Assembly: GCA_964502615.1 (NCBI GenBank)
Contig: CAZCXF010000002.1
Coordinates: forward strand, 24,236-88,235
Source: an uncultured Candidatus Saccharibacteria bacterium
GTDB taxonomy: Bacteria; Patescibacteriota; Minisyncoccia; Phycocordibacterales; UBA9973
Direction of reading: 5' to 3'
Length of the DNA stretch: 64,000 bases
Both the position numbers and the translations under genes were made by a program. Shown piece by piece: positions 58,495 through 64,000 of this stretch. How positions within the stretch are numbered: position 1 is the stretch's first letter; every line of letters starts with the position of its first letter. A model generated the notes under the pieces. The model did not search any database. It was not told the origin of the DNA and saw only the letters and a list, made by a program, of their open reading frames with translations.

Positions 58495-60318
58495 TTATTC
58501 TGTATTTGTAGTATAGGATTTTGCGAAAATTTTCCAGACATGATCTGTGTCAGCATACCACTTATAAATTGATAAAAAACGATCCGACGGATTTGTTAAT
58601 GTGCCCAAGTTTATATTGTTTAATTTTAAAGATGTTGCATATAGGTACTTAGGAGAATATATAAGGAGAGCTGGCGTGTCCGCATTAAATTCTTTTATGA
58701 AGTCTTGATATTTATTTAGTCTAGTATCTGTATTTAATGTTTTCTGTGCAGATTCAAGTAAATCATCTACATTTTTATTGCTATACATAGCTATGTTAAG
58801 ACCCGGATCATTTTTCTGACTAGAATGCCAGAAAGAGAATAGATCTGATTCATGATTTACTATTTGACCGAAAAACAATGCTTCATAATCTCGAGATCTT
58901 ATGATGTTGTTTAATGGTCCTGTTTCATACACTTTTATTTCAATACTTGCACCCAATTTCTCCAATTGTTCTTTTATTATGTTTGCTACATTTTTTAATT
59001 CAGGAGTATCTCCAGTTGTTATAGAAAATGCTAGTTTTGTTACAGGACCATTGTTTACTAATACTTTTTCTGTAACAGTTTTTTTACCAACTTTTTTAGT
59101 TTTTGTTATAGTAGTTGATCCACCTTTTACTCTTATACCATCTAGTCCTTGTTTCCAACCAGCTTTTTCCAATATATCTCTTGCTTCGTCTATTGAAGAG
59201 GTTAGATATTCTTTGACTGATTCATCTTTTTTTATTGTTTCAGGAATTGGATCATGAATTGGATCTGCGTAACCACTTAGCACTTTATTTATAATCTCTT
59301 GTCTGTTTAGAGCTTTATCAAAAGCTTTAATTACATCTTTATCTTGTAGAATTTTATTATTGTTGTTATTAAAGAATAATCCAAATATCCTAGGAAGATT
59401 TGCAGTGTTTATATTGTAACCATAAGATTGTATTTTGTTTGCATTTTCTGGAGATACACCACTTGCTTGGTTTATAGTATTTGATAATAGGGAATCAATA
59501 AGGTCTTTTTCATTTGCGTACGAGACGATACTTACATATTTTATGTGGGGTTTGCCTAATATGAAATCATTAAATTTCTCTAAATCGTATTGTTCTGGTA
59601 CACCATCTTTGTTCTTAGAAACAGAACTAATTTTGTAAGGTCCAGAACCTATAGCTTTTATATTATTTAATGTTGATAAACTAAATTCGGCTGGAGTTAC
59701 ATTTTTCCATATGTGCATAGGTAATATTCCAATTGTTGTGTTGTCTAAGAATGATATATAAGGTTGTTTAAGAATAAAAACAATAGTCCTATCGTCTTTC
59801 TTGCTTACACTGACACCGTCCCAACCAATTCTTCTAGGACTCTTGATTAATGGATCCTTTATCTTTTCAATAGTAAATACTACGTCGTCAGCTGTTAGAT
59901 TTGTTCCATCTTGGAATTTAGCATTTTTCTTAATCGTAAAAGTATAAGTCATCCCATCTGGAGATACTGTATAAGACTCTGCTAAGTCGTTTACAAAGTC
60001 ACCAGTTGGTGTTTTCCTCATTAATCCACTATAAACTAATGAAGTAAGATCTTTATCTGCATCAGTCAAAGCAAGAACTGGGTTAAGTAATGTTGGCATA
60101 CCTATAATCCCTTCAGTTATCTTTCCGCCCTCTGCAGGAATATCAACCATAAATGAATTATTCACCTTATTTACCATTATTATCACAGTTATGATTGATA
60201 TAACCACAAATGTTGTAAAAGTTGATAGCTTTTTCTTAGAAAAAGAAGCTCTTGCTTCAAGCAACTCCTTCTTTTTTGGTATATGAAATTCTTTTAGAAA
60301 TGTTAGAAAATTATGCAT
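58495..60318 (-). CDS. ABC transporter substrate-binding protein, family 5 (peptide/nickel-type), membrane-anchored
   Basis: N-terminal TM anchor then an SBP_bac_5-like fold, 607 aa. Confidence 0.65.
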   Translation of the reverse strand: MHNFLTFLKEFHIPKKKELLEARASFSKKKLSTFTTFVVISIITVIIMVNKVNNSFMVDIPAEGGKITEGIIGMPTLLNPVLALTDADKDLTSLVYSGLMRKTPTGDFVNDLAESYTVSPDGMTYTFTIKKNAKFQDGTNLTADDVVFTIEKIKDPLIKSPRRIGWDGVSVSKKDDRTIVFILKQPYISFLDNTTIGILPMHIWKNVTPAEFSLSTLNNIKAIGSGPYKISSVSKNKDGVPEQYDLEKFNDFILGKPHIKYVSIVSYANEKDLIDSLLSNTINQASGVSPENANKIQSYGYNINTANLPRIFGLFFNNNNNKILQDKDVIKAFDKALNRQEIINKVLSGYADPIHDPIPETIKKDESVKEYLTSSIDEARDILEKAGWKQGLDGIRVKGGSTTITKTKKVGKKTVTEKVLVNNGPVTKLAFSITTGDTPELKNVANIIKEQLEKLGASIEIKVYETGPLNNIIRSRDYEALFFGQIVNHESDLFSFWHSSQKNDPGLNIAMYSNKNVDDLLESAQKTLNTDTRLNKYQDFIKEFNADTPALLIYSPKYLYATSLKLNNINLGTLTNPSDRFLSIYKWYADTDHVWKIFAKSYTTNTE

Positions 60319-60358
60319 ATTTGCACTCTGAAATTCAGTTTTTATTTTTTAGCTTAGT

Positions 60359-60592
60359 TTATTTAACGAGTATTGCAAGAAAAGCAGAAACAGCAAATAG
60401 AATACCAACTACAATAGTGGTAATAAATAGGAATTTTTCGAAGCCACGTCTAGTGTGGTATAAACCACCACCATCTCCTCCTCCAAGAGCTCCACCAAGT
60501 CCTGCGCTTGATTGTTGGAGTAGAATTGCGACAACCAAAATAATAGACAGTATGATCTGTATATATGGTAATACATTAGCAATAATCGTCAT
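60359..60592 (-). CDS. secG: Preprotein translocase subunit SecG
   Basis: Two TM helices flanking LLQQSSAGLGGALGGG, the SecG Gly-rich loop. Confidence 0.75.
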   Translation of the reverse strand: MTIIANVLPYIQIILSIILVVAILLQQSSAGLGGALGGGDGGGLYHTRRGFEKFLFITTIVVGILFAVSAFLAILVK

Positions 60593-60708
60593 GGATTCAT
60601 ACTACTATATTTTTACCTATATTGCAAATATTAAGCTTTATCATAGACAATATATTACAGTTTGTTACAATTTAAAAAGTCATTATTAATCCTAAGAATT
60701 ATTTTTTT

Positions 60709-62058
60709 ATGAGTAAATTTTATAGATATGTTTTTAGTAGTGTTTTTGTATTTACTTTGGCTTTATCATACGGATTAGTCCAAGCTGGTGGTCCAACAAC
60801 TAATCCACCTCCTACTGCATATGCTGGTCCTGATCAAACAATAACATTACCAACTTCTAGTGTTACTTTGAGTGGTAGCGGAACTGCGGGGGTAGTAAGT
60901 TATACATGGGATGTCGTATCTGGATCTGGAAATATTGTTTCGAGAGGTTCTCAAACAACTCAGGTTACAAATCTTACAGCTGGAACTTCAATTTTCAGAC
61001 TTACTGTAACTGATAGTTTTGGTCAGATTGGTACTGACGATGTAAGTATAATTGTTAACTCTGGTGGAATGGGAGGTACTGGTGGTGCTACTGCATATGC
61101 TGGTCCTGATCAAACACTACCTGCACTTACTACTAGAACAACTGTTTCTGGTAGTTCAACAGGCATTTCTGGTTTTGTTATATATTATTCTTGGACTAAA
61201 CTCTCAGGTTCTGGAACAATAGTTTCCCCAACACAAGCTACAACTGATATTACAAACCTTGACGTCGGTTCTTCTACTTTTCGATTTACTGCTACTAATA
61301 ATACTGGAGAGACTGCGTTTGATGATGTAGATATTGTAGTTCTACCAGCTGGTCCACAACCTACAAATATGCCTCCTACTGCATATGCTGGTCCTGATCA
61401 AATACTTACATCTCCAGCATCATCAACAACATTATCTGGAAGTGGGGTGGATAGTGATGGTACTATTGCTTCTTATAATTGGACTAAAATTTCTGGATCA
61501 GGTTTTATAAGCCCAGGTACTGGTTCTAGTAATGGTTCAGTTGTAGCTATAACTGGTTTAACTGTTGGGACATCAGTATTTCGATTAACTGTTACTGATA
61601 ATCTTGGAGCAACTGGATATGATGATTTAAATGTTGTTGTTAATCCAGCAGGTACAGGTGGGGGAGGAACTGGAGGAGGAGGTACGGGCGGTACAGGTGG
61701 AGGTAGTGGTTCTGGAGGTACTGGAAGTGGAAGTGGTGGCGCAGGTGGGGGAGGAATGATTTGTCCATTTGGAACTATTGGTACACCTGCTACTTGTGTA
61801 TTAATAAATATTCCTCAAAATGGTGTTAGAAGAAATAGCGGTCTTGCAGCCATTAAAGATTTCCAAAGATTTTTAAATTGGACTCTAGGTAATAAAATTG
61901 TTCCTCTTGCAATAGATGGTAGATGGGGTGCTAAAACAACAGCAGTTATCAAACTATATCAAAGACTGAATGGTTTGAAAGTTGATGGATCATTTGGAAA
62001 GTTTAGCGCTGGTAAAGCTATAACAATACTAAAGAACGCTAATTTATACAGACAATAA
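60709..62058 (+). CDS. Secreted protein with three PKD-like repeats (A-Y-A-G-P-D-Q-T), a Gly-rich linker and a C-terminal peptidoglycan-binding (PG_binding_1-like) domain
   Basis: Signal peptide, then a repeated PTAYAGPDQT..LSGSG...F.D..DI.V module three times. GGTGGGGTGG linker. C-terminal DGRWGAKTTAVIKLYQRLNGLKVDGSFG. Confidence 0.65.
   Translation: MSKFYRYVFSSVFVFTLALSYGLVQAGGPTTNPPPTAYAGPDQTITLPTSSVTLSGSGTAGVVSYTWDVVSGSGNIVSRGSQTTQVTNLTAGTSIFRLTVTDSFGQIGTDDVSIIVNSGGMGGTGGATAYAGPDQTLPALTTRTTVSGSSTGISGFVIYYSWTKLSGSGTIVSPTQATTDITNLDVGSSTFRFTATNNTGETAFDDVDIVVLPAGPQPTNMPPTAYAGPDQILTSPASSTTLSGSGVDSDGTIASYNWTKISGSGFISPGTGSSNGSVVAITGLTVGTSVFRLTVTDNLGATGYDDLNVVVNPAGTGGGGTGGGGTGGTGGGSGSGGTGSGSGGAGGGGMICPFGTIGTPATCVLINIPQNGVRRNSGLAAIKDFQRFLNWTLGNKIVPLAIDGRWGAKTTAVIKLYQRLNGLKVDGSFGKFSAGKAITILKNANLYRQ
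60800..61640 (+). repeat. Three tandem ~283-bp intragenic repeats (PKD-like modules)
   Basis: CCTACTGCATATGCTGGTCCTGATCAAA recurs at about 60814, 61095 and 61378. Confidence 0.7.
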
Positions 62059-62084
62059 TATCTAAAGATGGAATCAAAAAACTG

Positions 62085-62105
62085 ACCTATAAGGTCAGTT
62101 TTTTG
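62085..62105 (+). terminator. Rho-independent terminator after the PKD/PG-binding protein gene
   Basis: AAAAAACTGACCTATAAGGTCAGTTTTTT. Confidence 0.7.
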
Positions 62106-62594
62106 ATCTATTTGGTGCCCGAGAGCGGTGGCTGTCAGAAAGTACCTCTCTTTACAAAGAAGAAAAAAATTGTACAGAAGACGAGGAACAGTTCTCACAA
62201 GAGACAATAGACGCAGTAACGATGTTGGGAAATATCTTATGGAATATCAACAACAGACTAATTTCTGAGGCCTATTTTATTAGTAAAAAGAAGATTATTG
62301 ATCCACAAGGAATTGAAGTTTATCCTAATGATAGAAGGCCTAAAAAGAAGGAAAGGAATAATAAGAAGGCTGAGTTGGTAATGTGCCCACTAAGGCCTGA
62401 TCAGTGAGTTTTTAGTCTGATATTATGAGCTATATAGTGTGGTATAATAGGCCTATTACGCTTTAGTGTAATGGTAGTATGTTCCTCTCTCAAAGGACTT
62501 TAATTGTAGAGTTTTTTAAAAGGGAGAATATAGGTTCGAATCTTATATCTTTAGCAAATGTGAGCAGAGCTCCTACTCCGAAGAGTATAAATTT

Positions 62595-63278
62595 ATGATT
62601 CATCTAAAACCTGAAGAACTAGAAAATTTATTCATAGAATTAATTGAAAACGCCACCCAACTTCTCAAAACATCAGTTAGTGTATCAGGTACAGATGAAA
62701 AACATATCGCCTTAGCTCTTGCAGAACTTGCGCTCGAAGAAATCGGAAAATCTTTCACTTGTCTTGCGTATTATGCCGTAGCAGATTCTGTTACAGATTG
62801 GACAGCTTTTTGGAAGGATTGGAAAGACCACAAAGTCAAAGCCCATAGAGCTTTCTTGTATGAATTTATTTCTACAGTACGAGTAGAATTAAAAGACAAG
62901 CCAGATTATTTTCCTTCAAAAAGAGTGACGATTCCGCTTGAAAAAGAAGTCAGTTTTTATGTGGATTTTGATAAAACAAAAAGAGAGATAATTATTCCTA
63001 AAGCAGTAATTGATAACACAGAGATATTCTCAAGGATTACTTCGTTATTTGGCGTACTTAATGCAGCTATGCTGATTAGAGATTTATTGAAAACTAAAAA
63101 AGAAGACTACAAAAAAGCTGTCTCTGAATATGCTTTTATGGTTATGACTACAGGCATTACACAAAAAGAAGCAGAAGAATTCCTAATGAATTCTGAAGAT
63201 GGAACTAAAGAGCATAATAATGCTTTTAATGATATATTAAAACTATTGAAAGCTCGAGTTGAAGATAAAGAAATTTAA
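62595..63278 (+). CDS. Hypothetical alpha-helical protein (possible HEPN/Abi-like; weak)
   Basis: ORF preceded by a 490-bp non-coding gap and followed by a terminator and two tRNAs. No firm motif match. Confidence 0.45.
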   Translation: MIHLKPEELENLFIELIENATQLLKTSVSVSGTDEKHIALALAELALEEIGKSFTCLAYYAVADSVTDWTAFWKDWKDHKVKAHRAFLYEFISTVRVELKDKPDYFPSKRVTIPLEKEVSFYVDFDKTKREIIIPKAVIDNTEIFSRITSLFGVLNAAMLIRDLLKTKKEDYKKAVSEYAFMVMTTGITQKEAEEFLMNSEDGTKEHNNAFNDILKLLKARVEDKEI

Positions 63279-63340
63279 CCTTAGATATGTCCTAGACCGC
63301 CGAGATGTTTTCATAAAAAGTTTAAGGAAGCTACAAGACT

Positions 63341-63369
63341 AAAAAATCACCATATAGCGGTGATTTTTT
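63341..63369. terminator. Bidirectional terminator (extended palindrome AGACTAAAAAATCAC...GTGATTTTTTAGTCT)
   Basis: Perfect inverted repeat with flanking A- and T-runs. Confidence 0.7.
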
Positions 63370-63417
63370 AGTCTCAATTACATCATATATTTCTATAAGC
63401 GTAAGGGAGGGTGCATG

Positions 63418-63499
63418 TGCCCAGGAGAGGACTTGAACCTCCAAGGATTGCTCCACTAGTTCCTAAGACTAGCGCGTATACCAATTCCGCCACCTGGGC
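63418..63499 (-). tRNA. tRNA-Leu (anticodon TAG), type II with long variable arm
   Basis: Reverse complement: GCCCAGG-TG-GCGGAATTGGTATACGCG-CTAGT-CTTAGGA-ACTAG-TGGAGCAATCCTTGGA-GGTTCAAGTCC...CCTGGGC-A. Confidence 0.8.
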
Positions 63500-63539
63500 A
63501 TGGTATTTACTCTAGCTTATTTTGAATATTTTTTCAATG

Positions 63540-63611
63540 AGGCCTAGGGCGGAATCGAACCGCCGTATAAAGATTTTGCAGATCTTTGCCTTACCACTTG
63601 GCGACTAGGCC
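63540..63611 (-). tRNA. tRNA-Cys (anticodon GCA)
   Basis: Reverse complement: GGCCTAG-TC-GCCAAGTGGTAAGGC-A-AAGAT-CTGCAAA-ATCTT...GGCGG-TTCGATT-CCGCC-CTAGGCC-T. Confidence 0.85.
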
Positions 63612-63622
63612 GTGAATCAATC

Positions 63623-63955
63623 CTAACCGTTTAACAATAATTCGTCAATTTTTTGCCTATTTTTTTCACCCTCATCTATCTCAACATTTAAAAATGGAAT
63701 CGGATTTATTTTTAAGTTTTTAGTTATGTGTTTTCTTAGATCTCCAAGATTTCTTTTTATGAAACCATAAGCCGCATTCTCTTTTTCACGAGGGAGTACG
63801 CTTATCATGATCGTAGCATTTTTATTATCAGGAGAAATTAAAACTCTAGTTACAGTAATGAGGGAAGTGTTAGAAGCTTCACGTTCTATATACGTTGCAG
63901 CTAATTCTTTTATGTGTCCAGCTATTTTTTCTCCTCTAAATTCTCTTTTATCCAT
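63623..63955 (-). CDS. rbfA: Ribosome-binding factor A
   Basis: RbfA-like KH-fold sequence (IKELAATYIEREASNTSLITVTRVLISPDNKNATIMISVL). Confidence 0.75.
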   Translation of the reverse strand: MDKREFRGEKIAGHIKELAATYIEREASNTSLITVTRVLISPDNKNATIMISVLPREKENAAYGFIKRNLGDLRKHITKNLKINPIPFLNVEIDEGEKNRQKIDELLLNG

Positions 63956-63958
63956 ATT

Positions 63959-64000
63959 ATTTTACAACCATAATGAAAGCTTCTAGTAAATCACCAGGCG
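63959..64000 (-). CDS. infB: 3' end of a gene continuing beyond the window, probably translation initiation factor IF-2 (infB) C-terminus
   Basis: The minus-strand frame reads ...PGDLLEAFIMVVK*, similar to the IF-2 C-terminal beta-barrel tail, and infB-rbfA is a conserved gene order. Only 14 codons are visible. Confidence 0.3.

Noticed and set aside
61640-61770. GGT/GGA-rich nucleotide repeat (ggtgggggaggaactggaggaggaggtacgggc...)
   Set aside because: It is not a CRISPR or other non-coding repeat. It is an in-frame Gly-rich linker (GTGGGGTGGGGTGGTGGGSGSGGTGSGSGGAGGGG) inside the 60709..62058 CDS.
62222-62407. 61-aa ORF in the 490-bp gap
   Set aside because: It is Lys/Asn-rich and low-complexity with no upstream ribosome-binding context. 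The gap is more likely non-coding or RNA-bearing.
1-64000. CRISPR arrays, rRNA genes, transposases/integrases
   Set aside because: No regularly spaced direct repeats with unique spacers, no 16S/23S/5S-like sequence, and no DDE/tyrosine-recombinase-like ORF were seen on either strand.

Overview
The window is a low-GC (about 30-33%), tightly packed bacterial chromosome segment dominated by housekeeping genes. Identified genes include gatA (5' partial), prfB, ftsEX, pyrG, four aminoacyl-tRNA synthetases (argS, ileS, glyQS, metG), the rpsF-ssb-rpsR operon, rnj, secG, rbfA, and a thymidylate/nucleotide-sanitation block (dCMP deaminase, MazG, folA, thyA, glyA, tmk, dut plus four Nudix paralogs). 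There are 10 tRNA genes and one tRNA-Asp 5'-fragment pseudogene. The small gene sizes, weak Shine-Dalgarno usage, three prepilin-type pilins and several large surface proteins suggest a reduced-genome, possibly episymbiotic bacterium (CPR/Patescibacteria-like); this is inference. The most interesting observations are: (1) an isoleucyl-tRNA synthetase carrying an inserted ~200-aa histidine-phosphatase (PGAM-like, RHG...HGG) domain; (2) a T-box-like leader with a terminator in the unusually long, GC-richer 5' region of ileS; (3) two single-gene, higher-GC islets encoding Bacteroidetes-style exported proteins (an outer-membrane beta-barrel-like protein and a lipoprotein), each with its own GC-rich terminator; (4) a 1444-aa Gly/Thr/Asn-rich fibre protein ending in a phage-tailspike-type S74 intramolecular chaperone domain; (5) a pilin locus whose downstream genes (polytopic membrane protein, CdsA/CarS-like protein, DedA) suggest pilin glycosylation or lipid-carrier chemistry; (6) a tRNA-Asp 5'-half duplication ending in the anticodon loop, and a tRNA-like fragment in a 490-bp non-coding gap next to tRNA-Leu/tRNA-Cys. 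No CRISPR array, rRNA or recognisable transposase/integrase was seen.
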